From the NCBI RefSeq assembly GCF_009914755.1, contig NC_060926.1: a DNA stretch of 64,000 bases; one strand, written 5' to 3'. Shown in pieces: positions 1 to 12,646 of this stretch (position 1 is the first letter of the stretch; each line of letters opens with the position of its first letter). The position numbers and the translations under genes are program-made. The notes under the pieces are model-generated. The model ran no database searches, had not been told where the DNA came from, and was given only the letters and a program-made list of their open reading frames with translations. Source of the stretch: the human T2T-CHM13v2.0 reference genome, Homo sapiens.

Positions 1-735
1 GAGAAAGAAAGAGACAGACAGGAGTGTTGGCAAGGATATGGAGAAATTGGAACTCTCATACACTGTTGGGAGTGTGGGATTGTAAAATAGTGTTACACTG
101 TTGGGAGTGTGGGATTGTAAAATAGTGTAACCACTATGGAAAACACTATAAAGGCTCCTCAAAAAATTAAGAATAGAACTATCTGATCCTGCAATCCCAC
201 TTCTGGGTATTTATTCAAAAGAACTGAAATCAGGATATTGAAGTATTTGTGCTGTCATGTTCATTGCAATGTTATTCACAATGGCCAAATGGTGAAAGCA
301 ACCCAAGTGTCCACTGATGGATGGATGAATAAACAAAATGTGATATATATATACAGTGAATATTATTCAGCCTTAAAAAAATCCTGCCATAAGTAACAAC
401 ATGGGTGAACCTTGAGGACATTATGCAAAGTGAAATAAACCAGTCACAGAAGGTCAAATTCTATATGATTCCAATTATATGAGGTATCTAAAACAGTCAA
501 ACTCATAGAACCAGAGAGTAGAATGGTGGTTGCCAGGGGCTGGGAGGACAGGGAAATTGGGGAGTTCCTATTTAATGGGTGTGAAGTTTCAGTTATGCAA
601 GATGAATAAGTTCTAGAAAGCTGTTGTACAACCTCATGCCCATAGTTACCAACAGTGTATACTGTACACTTAAACATTTATTAAGAGGGTGAATCTTATG
701 TTAAATGTTTTACCAAAATTAACAAAAAAGAAAAG
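1..735 (+). mobile_element. Old L1 (L1M-type) 3' end with A-rich tail
   Basis: Typical L1 motifs (gcaatcccacttctgggtat, ggatgaataaacaaaatgtg, gagtagaatggtggttgccagggg). Confidence 0.85.
59..128. repeat. Perfect 35-bp tandem duplication inside L1
   Basis: tacactgttgggagtgtgggattgtaaaatagtgt at 59-93 and 94-128. Confidence 0.95.
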
Positions 736-914
736 TTCATTCTAATAAATTTTACCATTCTGATTTAAAATACAACATTGGAAATGGAGAATTTATGACA
801 ACATTTTGTACTCATGATATTTTTACTTAAGAAAGAGAATTATGTAGCATATTATAAATTCTACATTCATTCATAAATTTGATTATCATTGGTTCCAACT
901 AGATATTATTTTCA

Positions 915-990
915 CACATTCCATCGATAAATTCATCTCTCAGCTTTCTTTCACATTCCATTGATAAATTCATCTCTCTAAGCTTTCTTT
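915..990. repeat. Imperfect ~38-bp tandem duplication
   Basis: cacattccat(c/t)gataaattcatctctc(ta)agctttcttt twice. Confidence 0.9.
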
Positions 991-1715
991 ATTTCTCCAG
1001 CATTACTGAGTTGATGCAATAAGGGAAAAGAGTTCTTTCTAGACTTCCTTAGCTAAGAGCTCTTAGCATTGAGGGCAGAAGAAATAGTTAGCTGCATGTT
1101 GTTTTTTGAGGTCAATTCCACAGCCCTATCTAGCATTCTTTTCTGATAAAAGGTGAACTTCAATCTTTTATATGTGTCCATTTTCATGACTTATGGTAGC
1201 TTTCCCTAAACTCATATACATACACACACACACACACATCCCTCTATGACCTTGCCTTCTTCCCTTTGACCTACTCTTCAAAGGTAGCTCCTTCACCTTG
1301 ATTGAAGCCCCTCCAAAATCTTTAGAACCTTATACCACAGTGCTTTTTAAAATTTCTTTTATCTTAAATCCCCTTCTCTCATTTTATTGACTCTTTTCTT
1401 TCCATCAAAAATCATCTCGTCTTTAACATCTGTAAAATCCTTGGCTCCTTCTCCTGCTCTAGGAACTCCCTGTCTTCTGAGGCACAATGCTTGAAATAGT
1501 CATCTTCATTTTCTCACTTTCTATTGTAATCAATCAATTACAGCCTGGTAGGTGTGCTCATCCCTCTAATAAAACTGTGTTGACACTGGTTACCAATGAC
1601 CTCTATGTTGCCAAATTCAATCAACATTTTTGGTCCATATCACACTGCTTTAACACTGTTTATCACTCTCCTTTTTGCAATGTTTGATTTGCTTGATTAC
1701 TGTTATTATTACATG

Positions 1716-2240
1716 TGTAGAAAAGACTTAACATAGCAGGCCTGATTGGTATCCTCTGGAAGGCCTTCTTACAAGGTTGGTCCTTGGCCTGGCATATGGG
1801 AACTTGGATTTTGGGAGGGTTAAGATGAGCTCTTAATATGGACCTGAACTATTTGCGCTAACAATGTGGATTATGCTGAATACCTGCTTTTCTTCAGGGA
1901 ATCTGATATTTTGGCACATGCTATGCAGAGGGTACCTACAGGTACCAGCCCCCAGTAAAAACCTGGACACTGAGTCTCTAATGAGCTTCCCTGGTAGATA
2001 ACATTTCATGTATGTTGTTGAGTGAATTAAGCCTGTCCTGTGTGACTCTGCTGGGAGATGACTCTTGGAAGCTTGTATCTGGTTTCCTCTGGACTTTGCC
2101 CATATACTCTTTGCTGATTTTGCTTTGTTTCCTTTTACTGTAGTAATTCATTGCTATAAGCACAAGTATTTGCCGAGTTCTGTGAATCATCCTAGTGAAT
2201 CACTGAACCTGAAGGTGGTCTTGGGGACCCCCAACTCACA
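1716..2240 (+). mobile_element. Solo ERVL-class LTR (LTR47/MER21-like) inserted in an L2 remnant
   Basis: TG...CA ends; ttaacatagcaggcctga start, accagcccccagtaaaaacctgg, gggaccccca end. Confidence 0.7.
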
Positions 2241-2249
2241 GAAATCTCT

Positions 2250-3390
2250 AACCTCTCTGCTCTTGCTTCTTGAACAAGGAGCCTTGTGGGCTCCTATTAA
2301 ATACTGATGTTCCCTGAGGTTCCAACCTCAGTCCACTACTCTATTCACTAAACCAATCCCCCTCTGTAATCTTATTACCTCATGATTTTAAATTATCATC
2401 TACCTGATAATAACACCCAGATCTATATTTCTAAGAGCAAACTCTTCTTCAGGCCTCAGATTCCTAAATCTAACTGACTGCTAAGCTCCTATACATGGGT
2501 ACCTCAAACTCAGCAAGTCCAAAAATAAATAATCATTTCCTGTCTTCAATTATCTGTTCCTTTACCTCCCCCTGCCCCCAATTATCTACTTACTCTGTTC
2601 CTGATTTCCCTATTTTAGTTAATGGCAACAATAGCATGAAGTCTTCCAAACCAGACTGCTGGAAATCAATCCTACCACTCTAACAACCTACATAGTCTAC
2701 CTTCCATCTTCAAGTCCTGCCCATTCTTCCTCCTAAATATTTATTAAATCATTTCCTCCCTCATCCCAACTACCATTGCTCTAGTTTCTACCCCTCACAA
2801 CTCATCTAATCCATTGCAGTATCTCCTGACTGATCTCTGCACTTCTGATGTTGCCCCACCTTTTGTGTCTTTCTCACAGCTGCCAGAGTGAGTAACTTAA
2901 AAATTAATGCTGACCATGCCATTCTCTGATTATAACCCTTCAGTGGCTTCCTGCCACTAAAAAAGCAAAAGATCCTAGTTCATCATTGTTGCGTATGAGA
3001 CTCCAGTAACACTGAAGCACTTGCAATCCCCTTAAAGCACATTGTGGTTTCCTGCTTCTGTGCCCTTGGTCATGCATTTCTCTCTGCCTGGAACACTCTT
3101 CCCTAGACCTTTACCCAGGTTAATGTTCAGCTCAGCTTATAGCCTGAGCTGATGGGTCCAGAAACTCTTTGTGGGAGTTTATTACTCAGAAAGTCTAAAT
3201 GCTCTTAAGTTGTATCTGCCTAGCACATTGTCAATACCCCTCTCAAAGCAGTTATCACATTATGTTTTCTTTTTGCAAATCCTTCTCAGTGAGACTGTAA
3301 ATTGAGATGGGACTTTCAGTGCCTTATTCGTCTTTGATTAAAAATACCTAGAACTAGAGAAATAGTAATTGGTGTTTGAGGAATACATTA
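2250..3390 (+). mobile_element. Degraded L2 3' region (continues 1200-1690 on the other side of the LTR)
   Basis: Pyrimidine-rich L2-like motifs (cacctcaaactcagcaagtcc-like, ctctgcctggaacactctt). Confidence 0.6.
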
Positions 3391-3770
3391 TTTTCACTAA
3401 ACCTGACAACACTTTTAAAGGCATGAAGCGCTGTACAAATGTAACACAGTATGTTAACAGAATGAAACAAAATACCTGAAATTAAAAATCTGCATATCTC
3501 TTTGGAGAATTCTCAAGAAATTATATTAAAAAAACTTCTTTTATTCAGTCTTAGTGTCTTTTATGTATAGACATTCTACAAGATATTTACATAACCATCA
3601 CAAAAATCTTTATGGGATACAGATTGTAATATTTGTTTTTCAGATGAGGAAACTGAGGCAAGTAAATGTCAAAACTGAATTCAAATCCGAATCCATCTGA
3701 CTCCAAATTCTGTTTTTAAAAATATGTTATGCAGTTCTAGTTGTCTTAAAATCAACCTAAATTTCATTAC

Positions 3771-4014
3771 CTCATCTTCACAGATATCAGTCTTTTTTCC
3801 TTTTTTGTCTTCTTTATCTTCTTCATCCTCATCATCTTCATCCCCTTGGTCATCACTGTCATCGTCATCATCATCGTCATAATCACTGTCTCCTCCCTTC
3901 CTTCTTCGCTTGCGTCCTGGAGTGGGTGTGCCCAAGGGATGCTGCTCTTCTCCCAGATCAATGCCACCTGAAGTGTCTCTTTTGCCTGTTTTCTTAGCAT
4001 GAATGATTCTGAGC
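3771..4014 (-). CDS. BAZ2B: BAZ2B exon W19 (244 nt, phase 2-0), LRIIHAKK...GRKRRRK...acidic tract...ICEDE
   Basis: ORF 3681-3935; acceptor tttaaag|G, donor GAG|gtaatg; basic NLS-like RKRRRK followed by a D/E run. Confidence 0.94.
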
Positions 4015-4817
4015 CTTTAAATATTATGAAAAGTGATGACAAGGAAAAAAAGACTTCTCAATATACTTTTAAAAGAGCAAAACATGAGTTGTATGCAAAA
4101 ATACCTTATGGCATTTCTTTTGTGTTAAGCGATATACCAATGTTAAAAAAAATTAGAATTAGGAAACTTAAGAAATGTTTCCATAAATTACAGGATGCAT
4201 TCACTTTCAAGAGTTATTCTAGATATCTCTTTGGAATTAGACTCATTAAAAAAAATGATGAAAGTTGAAAAGAAGAATTCTAACAATGGCTGAGTAATAA
4301 TTTCTGATCCCATACTAACTGACTGAATAAATTTCAATTCAAATTACTACAAAGAAACTAACCTCTTAACATAGGAGTAATTTCTGCCTGATATTTTCTG
4401 GCAGGAAGATAATTAAGTTTTAATGCTGAATAAGTTTAGCTAGATTCCGTAAAAGCAAATTTTAATTAGAAAGCAATTAAGAAAACAAGTTACAGTTCCA
4501 AACATTCTGTTTGTGATAAAAGCAACTTAATAGCAACCACAATCTTAGAAAATGTAATTGCTTGACTTGTTTAAAAGAAAAAGAGAAAATGACTTTCTTC
4601 TAAGTATGAAGAATATAAGCTCAATGAATCTCATTATATCTTTTGTCCATTGCAAATTCTGCCCCTGAGTTTTATTAATTTTATATCCCATCTAAATTGA
4701 GCATTATCTTTTCTTTAGACAATAAAAGTTTAAATTCTATCTTTGCAATTCATATGCTTTACTGGGAATTTGTAGAAAAAGAAAACAGTACATTAACTTT
4801 AATAAAACAGGACTTAC

Positions 4818-4892
4818 TTGCGGAGTTTACCTTCTACCACCCATTTATCTCTCCTCAAGTTTGACATATAATCAATGTTCTTGTCGATTTCA
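4818..4892 (-). CDS. BAZ2B: BAZ2B exon W18 (75 nt, phase 2-2), EIDKNIDYMSNLRRDKWVVEGKLR(K)
   Basis: End of ORF 4814-5023; acceptor cattggcag|T, donor CAA|gtaagt. Confidence 0.93.
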
Positions 4893-6366
4893 CTGCCAAT
4901 GCAAGAATTTATTAAAAAGTGTAAATTAATCAATTTATGCAATGCATTAATTTGATATGCAATAAACTTGATACGTAAATTAATGCATTTTTGAATAAGT
5001 AAAAATGATACAACTGACCTCATGCATATACACGTTCATATATGTATGTGTTTATATATGTATACACAGATGTTGAAAAGTGATAACTTCTTCAATGGAT
5101 ACAACATTAGTATTAGAAAATTCACTGTGGTTTCTATCTTAAACCAAGAAAGAAACTATGCATCAATTGCCTTAGAAAGACAATATTCCAAGTTTTGTTG
5201 CAGGTATTTTAAGATGTGATAATTTCCAAAATCAAAGCAGGATACCAGAACACACATGGATATTTACATAAGTGCACATACATACATATGCATATACACT
5301 AAGTGCATATATATAAACAACCAAACAGTAACTAAGAATATTATGATATTCTTTACCATTCTGTTTTACTTTACCAGTAAAGTCAAATAGGGGTGCTTTT
5401 TCCCTTCTAAGGCAAAAACCATAGTGTACCATTTACATTGAATTTGGGTGTATGTGTTTTGAATAAGTGCCACTTAGCATTACTATTTGTTATCATGCTC
5501 ATGCTTAAATGAAATTATTCTTTCATAAAATTGTAAGACGTGAATATTATTATATTTTTTAGGATGACTGTCAGTGAATAGCAGAAACAAACAAAAAATT
5601 ACATTAATACAATATCATAGCTAAGATAGGTACAGAAAACTTAAAATTTCCACACTGGTAGAAATGCATGACCCCGAATATTTGGATTGATCCTTTTTCT
5701 AGAAAGGTAAAGGACTAAAAGTTGTTAAAAATCTGTAAAATAATGAATAACAAGGACAAGATGAACATGAATTTGTTCAGAAATCCTGAATACTAGAGTA
5801 CATGTTGGTATTAGTATTTTACTAGTAACAAGTACTAGAGTGAGAACTCTGACTTTTAAATAGGATCAAATGCTTTAAAAAAGTATAAATTAATACACTG
5901 ATAAATAAATACTCTATGGTTCTATTAGCATACAACAAAATAAAAAGTGGCTACGTAATTCTGTGAATGGCTACTAAGCAAAATCAGGTAGTCATCTGTC
6001 CTTAAAAGACGTGAAGGAAAAAAAAATTCCGTATTCTTGTGGTGGTACCACATTCTGGTACCATAGCAACTAAAAATATAAAAAAAGTTATGTATAAAGA
6101 ATTAACAGAATTATTAAACAAAACAGGTGACAAAGACCACGTATTACAGACACACAGTATAATCCAAATTTTTTTTCAATACACTACAAAGAAATACATG
6201 AAAATATTATTAGTGGCCATCTCTAAATACTGAGATAAGTACAATTTTAATTTTCTTCTTTGTGCTAGTCTGTAACTTTCCAATTTTCTATAATCAATTT
6301 GTATTACTTTTTGATTAGAAAAATTCAAAATGGAAAAATCACGGAAAAGCCTGGGCATATGCTCAC

Positions 6367-6581
6367 CTGACCACACTCTTGCTGCATGCCAGTTCATTGA
6401 TCAGGAAAGCCAGGACTGAAGCTTTCTGTGCTGGAGTGTGAGCCTGAAAAGCTTTGGTCTTCAGACTTTCAGTAAGCTCAGTTTGTCCACAGTGGGCTTC
6501 CATAAATATCTGTAAAATCTCGGAAACATTGTCTCGATTCACACCAACATTCAGCAAATGTTCTCCAAGAGCTGTTTTAGC
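6367..6581 (-). CDS. BAZ2B: BAZ2B exon W17 (215 nt, phase 0-2), AKTALGEH...ACSKSVV(S), WHIM1-type region
   Basis: ORF 6363-6557; acceptor ttttatag|GCT, donor CAG|gtgagc. Confidence 0.94.
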
Positions 6582-7566
6582 CTATAAAAGTTTGGCATTT
6601 TTATCAGTATTACTCACAACCATTTATACCATAAAAGCAATAAGATTAAAAATCCTCATATTATTTGATTTAGATACTACTGACAAGAGCTTTATTCACT
6701 TTTTTTTTTTAATGAAAGAGACACAAAAATAGTCAATAGAAGACAGACAAATATTCAAGTATTTGTTTCTTTCTTTCCCCGCTTCAAATCCTTGGTTCCA
6801 AGTCAGGCAGGGAGAAGAGTATGCAAATTCATGGGTAGCAGAAGTTTTAAATTACCTATCAAGCCTTCCATGACTATAAAAGCGACACCAACCTTTCCCC
6901 AAGTTTCATCTGGATATTTTATCAGGAATGACAGAGTGGGGAGGTTAAAAAACAGTATTGTTTTCTACCCTTAAAGTGTTATAGGTTTTACTGGCTGGGG
7001 ATAATAAATAGGGAAACACTGAGGGAGATAGAAGAAAAACAGGTGCATCTGGGAGGTTCTCTCTCCACAATATTATCTAGAGCAAAGCTCCCTGGAATGT
7101 ATACTGTATTTGGAATTAAGATAAACGTGAACTTATTGAGGATCCACTGAGCAGCACAGGGTCTTAACGTGCTGGTCTGTAGGTGCCTTGATTAGCTTCA
7201 GTTATTCACAGTGATTGAGAGAGAACAAGGTATAATATCAGAAGGCACATACAAGTTCTAGTTGCCTTATGAATTATGAATTCTGTTGTTGATGAATATC
7301 GCTTAAGGATTTCCTTAATTCACCTTGGTCTTTGCCTACAGCTAGAGGAAAAAAGAATAACTTGAGAATGGTCTACATTCCTTAAGCTTTATAACCAGGT
7401 TTTCTTTGTATGAAGTGTAACCTGACACAAATCTACAGTTAACTTTGTGAGACATTATGTGGAAAAATTAGATCAATCTATATAATCTTCTGCTAATATG
7501 CTAAAGCTATCTACCAATGCACTGACAGTACAAATTTAAAACATTTTATATTTTGTTTTTTTTTAC

Positions 7567-7821
7567 CTTGTATCCTGTTATTAGACCTGGATCACATACA
7601 GCAGCTGAGAGGAGCCTCACAAGCAAGTCTTGTACTTCACCCATGCTGTCCCCTATATTTAGCAATCCCTCTTGAAGAACACTCAGGTTTGGAACATCAA
7701 TATTCACATCAAAGCCCAAAACTTTACCAAAGTTTCGTAAGAACTGCACCACCATGAGACAGTCTGAAAATGTACTTCCAGAGAGAACAAGTCCTGGAAT
7801 ACGAGGCAACTCTGGCAAAGG
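7567..7821 (-). CDS. BAZ2B: BAZ2B exon W16 (255 nt, phase 0-0), DDT domain, PLPELPRIPG...FSDCLMVVQFLRNFGKVLG...TGYK
   Basis: ORF 7546-7878 with DDT signature; acceptor attttcag|CCT, donor AAG|gtaaaa. Confidence 0.96.
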
Positions 7822-9244
7822 CTGAAAATAAAATGAAATACAAATAAAATAAAAACAGCTTAATTTTTTAAAAGCCATGATTTCGATTCTTCTAAAGTAA
7901 AATAAGCTGCTACCTTTTTTCCCCTCTTGTATTGTACCAGTAGCTTCCTTTGGGATGCTAAATTCTCTGGGGGCATTTCTGTAACCCCCATGGAACTAAG
8001 CATAGTGTCTTGAAGTATCTTCATACAAGTAAGCAACCATTAATAAATTTTGGTTGAACTCAATTATGAACTTAGATCTTTGCAAAAGAGACATTAATTT
8101 TAATCAACTTGCATATTCAATCAACTGACATATCCATATTAACAAAACATGGATTATATAACTGGAGCAAAAATTAAATAAAATATAAACATTTCAAAAG
8201 TACTTTACCATGGACATACTTATAGGGGCATGTGCACCAATTTCTTCTAATGATGATGACATTTAAAAATCACACTTTTTTTGTAGCTTAGAAACAAACA
8301 GCATGCATCTGTGGGCTCTATGGTTGGAGAAAGTGGTACCATCTATGGCTAATGAATGCAGATAAATAACTAGGTCCACATAACTAGAATCCATGACCCT
8401 GTACATAAACCCAGTTATAATGCAACTAGAGGTCTTTAGGTTTCCCTGTATTTAGGCAAGTATTAGCTTCAGTATTAAAATTAGCTATCTCTGTTGCTAT
8501 TTCTCAAATATGCTCACATATTAACATTTTAATGACTTAATTGCAGTACCAGTTGTCATCAACATTTTAAAATTTCAATAAATAGGTAATCTGAATTAAA
8601 AACATTTTGCCTGTTAATGAGAGCCTAAAAAAGTACTTTAAATTTTAATTGGAAAAAAAGTGACATAAATATTTCTATTTATCTGAATTGGTCCTTGTTC
8701 AAAAATATTTCTCCACTCTGCATTTATTGAGGTAACCAATTGAAGACTTTTTCTGTTAATACTGTGTGGAAACACAAAACTACAGATAATAGCTCATCTC
8801 ATACAAATATTTTATATTCTTCTTGAAAGCCAGTTAATTCTCATTCTCCCTTTTTCTTGAACCACAGGAAACATATACATTTCTATGTAATTCTAAAAAT
8901 TTATGTAACAAAGCTGAGCTATTAAAAATATGGCTTAAAATGGACTTACATATTTGATATAGTACATATGAATTTAAATGAAAATAAAAGATACAAGAAA
9001 ATGAAGCTCACTTAGGATTTAAAAAGCTTGATCACTATGAGCTTATTAAATGTGTTAACTAATTTATATACCCATTCTCTGCTTAGGAAAATTTAAATAT
9101 CCAAATGACTACAACTAGTAAGTATACTCTCATTTTTATTTAGAAGCATTTATGCTAAGTAAATAAATAGAATATTAATATAGTTCAATCCATTCTAGAG
9201 TACTAAAAGTTTTCTTTAAGCACTTTAGAAAAGAGCTTACATAA

Positions 9245-9359
9245 TTGAGTTAATGGGTGCAGCACACCAGCAGGGCACATGTATACATATGTAACTAACC
9301 TGCACATTGTGCACATGTACCCTAAAACTTAAAGTATAATAATAATAAAATAAAATAAA
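9245..9359 (+). mobile_element. Severely 5'-truncated young L1PA insertion with 16-bp TSD
   Basis: gagttaatgggtgcagcacacc...cctaaaacttaaagtataataa plus A tail; TSD aaaagagcttacataa at 9229-9244 and 9360-9375. Confidence 0.92.
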
Positions 9360-9704
9360 AAAAGAGCTTACATAAATCAAGAGATAATCATTATTTGCAA
9401 ATCATTTGAATATTGCATATAAGTAAATACATATCCTACTAATTAAGTATAATAATATAGAGATGAAATGCATTATTGATATTTTTCTAGAAGTACCATC
9501 TTCTTAACTATAGTCAAAACATCATTGATTTTTACTCAAAAGTATATGAAATTATGCTGGTTGCCAAGATTACAGCAATGTTTCTAAATTTATACTTTTA
9601 TGTATTTCAGCAACATTACATGTCTGTGAAGCACTATGGAAGACAAAACACATATGAGGTGCTTTGGTTGGACACAGTTTCTTGGCTTTCAGGATGATAA
9701 ACAT

Positions 9705-9925
9705 TATAGGCTCTGGAGTTTAACAAACTGGAGTTTGAATCCAAATCGCCATTTATTAGTTGTGTAATCTTGGGCAAGTTCCTTAACCTCATTGTGTCTC
9801 AGTTTTCTCATGTATAAATGGGAAGAAATACTAACTCCACAAGATTGTATTGAGGATTAAATGAGAAAATTCAAATAAGTGCTTAGCACAGTCCTAGCAT
9901 GTAGTAAACATGTTCAATAAAGGTT
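9705..9925 (+). mobile_element. MIR
   Basis: MIR core ttgggcaagttccttaacctc...ctcagttttctc...gtgcttagcacagt. Confidence 0.8.
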
Positions 9926-10016
9926 TGCCACCTAAAGCACTGAAGGAGGTCACAGATTATAAATCCTCATTTATTTAAATATCCATAGGGATGTGGGGAG
10001 GAGTTGAGATTTTTCT

Positions 10017-10363
10017 GTGCCTGGAATCCCAGAACTTTGGGAGGCTGAGGTGGCTGTATCACTTGAGCCCAGGAGTTCAAGACCAGCCAGGACAACATAA
10101 GAGTCTGCCGCTACAAAAAATTAAAATAACAAAAACCCAAAAAACTAGCCAGGCATGGTGGCAAGCGCCTGTGGTCCCAGCAACTCAGAAGACTGAGGTG
10201 AGAGGACCACTTGAGCCTGGGAACGAGAAGTTGAGGCTTCAGTGAGCTATAATCCTGCCACTGCCCTCTCTCCAGCCTAAATGACAGAGTAAGACCCTGT
10301 CTGAAAACAACCAACCAACCAACCAACCAACCAACCAACCAACCAAACAAACAAACAAAAAAA
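10017..10363 (+). mobile_element. AluJ-like, tail converted to (AACC)n microsatellite
   Basis: Alu dimer motifs; (aacc)n at about 10309-10345. Confidence 0.88.
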
Positions 10364-10562
10364 CCGCCATTACCAGCACAAGAGCTCCAGAGAGGTTTAC
10401 TTCTAGCTATCTAGGAAAGGCAAATTGACCTAGAGTTGGAAATTCACTGCTATAGTTAAAAATGAAAGGCTTTCACAATAGCAGCTCTGGCAAAGAAATC
10501 AGGTAAGAAAACTGGAAAAATTAAACTTATGAATGAAATGGTGTACATGACGTATAAATTAC

Positions 10563-10703
10563 CTTTTGGTCTGCTAAGCACATGTCTTCATTAGGCTTCT
10601 TTAGTTCCTTTGCCATTTCTAATTCTAATCTTCGCTGCTCTAGTTTACGCTCTTTATTTAATCTTTTCTCATCACGTTTTTCTTGTTTCAACCGCTCTTT
10701 TTC
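10563..10703 (-). CDS. BAZ2B: BAZ2B exon W15 (141 nt, phase 0-0), EKERLKQEK...KKPNEDMCLADQK
   Basis: Translated by hand (antisense of ORF 10582-10776); acceptor cttttaag|GAA, donor AAG|gtaatt. Confidence 0.93.
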
Positions 10704-12499
10704 CTTAAAAAGAAAACCATGTACACATATTCTTCTTAATCATTATATATGTTGGAATAAACTTAGAATTATGTAGCAACATTGAATTATTTTGCTTTTC
10801 ATTAATCTTACTCTCTAATTTTCAAAATAATCTTATGACTGTATATATTTAATATCAACATTAGATTTGACCTAGACTATTTTGTTAGTCAAAATTTGTT
10901 CAATCATTTGCCAAGTTATAAGAATAAAATACTTATTAATACAAGCAGGTACATAAAATGAACATGGGCAACTACATATCTTATTAAATAAAGTTATTAG
11001 CACAAATTTTAGTGTGGCTCCAGCAAGCAAATGATTTACAGCAGGAAAGTGGAAGTAACATGTTTGAATTTGCAAAAGTAGTTCTTTCAAAGTGAATTAG
11101 CTAGTCTTAAGACAGCACCTGTGAGGAAAGAAAAATATTATTCACCACCATAAACAACACTTAAGAGAATGTAAAATCAGTTGTGAAGGCAATGTCAAAA
11201 GCATTAAGAATGTTTTGGTAATGGCAACAACATGGAAATAACTGATTTGTCTCTCTGTTGTAGGGAATGACTTTGTTGGAGCAAGTGATTTTCTATAATA
11301 CCATTATCGTTACTTTTTCATCATATCTCAAATATAGCTCTCATTTATTTAGGGGAGAAATAACAGTAGAATCATCAGTCAGTTCTAACCTACTACCGCA
11401 CATGTGCCACACATTGCTAATTGGTTTACTTTTGTAAGGCTGATTATATCTCTTCCTTGATTAAAAGTCTTTCGATTTTCTATCAAAATAAGGTCCAAGT
11501 CCTTACTTTTGAATTCCAGACTCTTCTTTTCTAATCTTACCTCTCATATTTTTTTCTGTGTAGGTTTAGAATTTTCTATTCCTGATGAACATTTATTTCC
11601 TCAGCTGCTTATACTGGTTCACTCCAATCAAGATCTTCATTTTTCCCATCTTGCATATTTAAATCCTAATTAAACACTACCAATTTCTATTATGTTTCAT
11701 AGCTCTTAACTCTGATTTTAACACAGCAGTCATTGCTTTCTGTACTATATTACTATTTTTGCCCATATTCTAATCATCTCCCTTTCGATTATCACTTGTA
11801 AGCAAGCACCCTGACTGCTGCTGGAGGGAAGGCCAAGAGGGAGAAAGAGAGGAGTGGAGAAGAACATGGGATCAGAGAGTAGAGAAAGTACAGTGTGTTT
11901 GAAAAATTGCTAGCAGTTTCAAGACTGGAGTGTAGGCTGCAAGTTGAATAGTTGCTGAATATTATGATAGCCAGAGGCCAGATCCTAAGGGCCTTTTTAT
12001 ATGACATGCACAAGTTACTGTTCATTTTTATACTGCCTCTGAATTTCTGGGTTACTGATTCATGCAGACATTCTGGGAGGACAAACTATAAGGAAGCTTA
12101 TAAGATTGTTGACACCAGCAAAGTTCTATAATTAATTTTACCAATTATAAACCAAAAAGCAGTTTCTGAGGGTTTGATTTTCAAATCAAATTATTAGTTA
12201 ATAGCCTGAAGTACTATTATTACTAGCCCTTACAAAAGGGCAGCAGAGTCACCGGTAGAATAACTTTTTTCCCCTAGAACTGAAATTTCGATTCTTAAAC
12301 CCATGAACTGTTGCTCTAAGAACTTTCCAAAGGAGGGAAGATTTAAGTTTTTGGTTCCTCACCAGAGTAATGAATTAGCATCACTAATAGAAAAAAGCAT
12401 ATTAAATATCTCTTACTGATTTGAAAGTAGATACTGTAAAATTTTCTGCTGCACTTCTATGCCACATGATGTTTGTCACTAAAGAATTGCATGTACTAC

Positions 12500-12646
12500 A
12501 GTGTCTATGCCATATAGCCCAGATGTGTAGCAGTCTATATACCATCTAAGGTTTGGGCATGTCACTCTATGATGTCTGCACAATGATGAAACTGATTAAT
12601 GACACACTTCTCAGAATGTATTGTCATCGTTAAGTGACACATGGCT
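12500..12646. mobile_element. Tigger3/MER7-like DNA transposon end
   Basis: ttctcagaatgtattgtcatcgttaagtgacacatggct resembles the Tigger3 terminal repeat. Confidence 0.6.

Noticed and set aside
59-990. 35-38 bp repeats of CRISPR-like length
   Set aside because: Two adjacent copies without spacers in primate intron DNA; simple tandem duplications
10582-10776. Plus-strand ORFs overlapping exons (also 6454-6732, 26097-26336, 49511-49699, 59746-59943)
   Set aside because: Antisense shadows of BAZ2B exons; no promoter, Kozak or homology support
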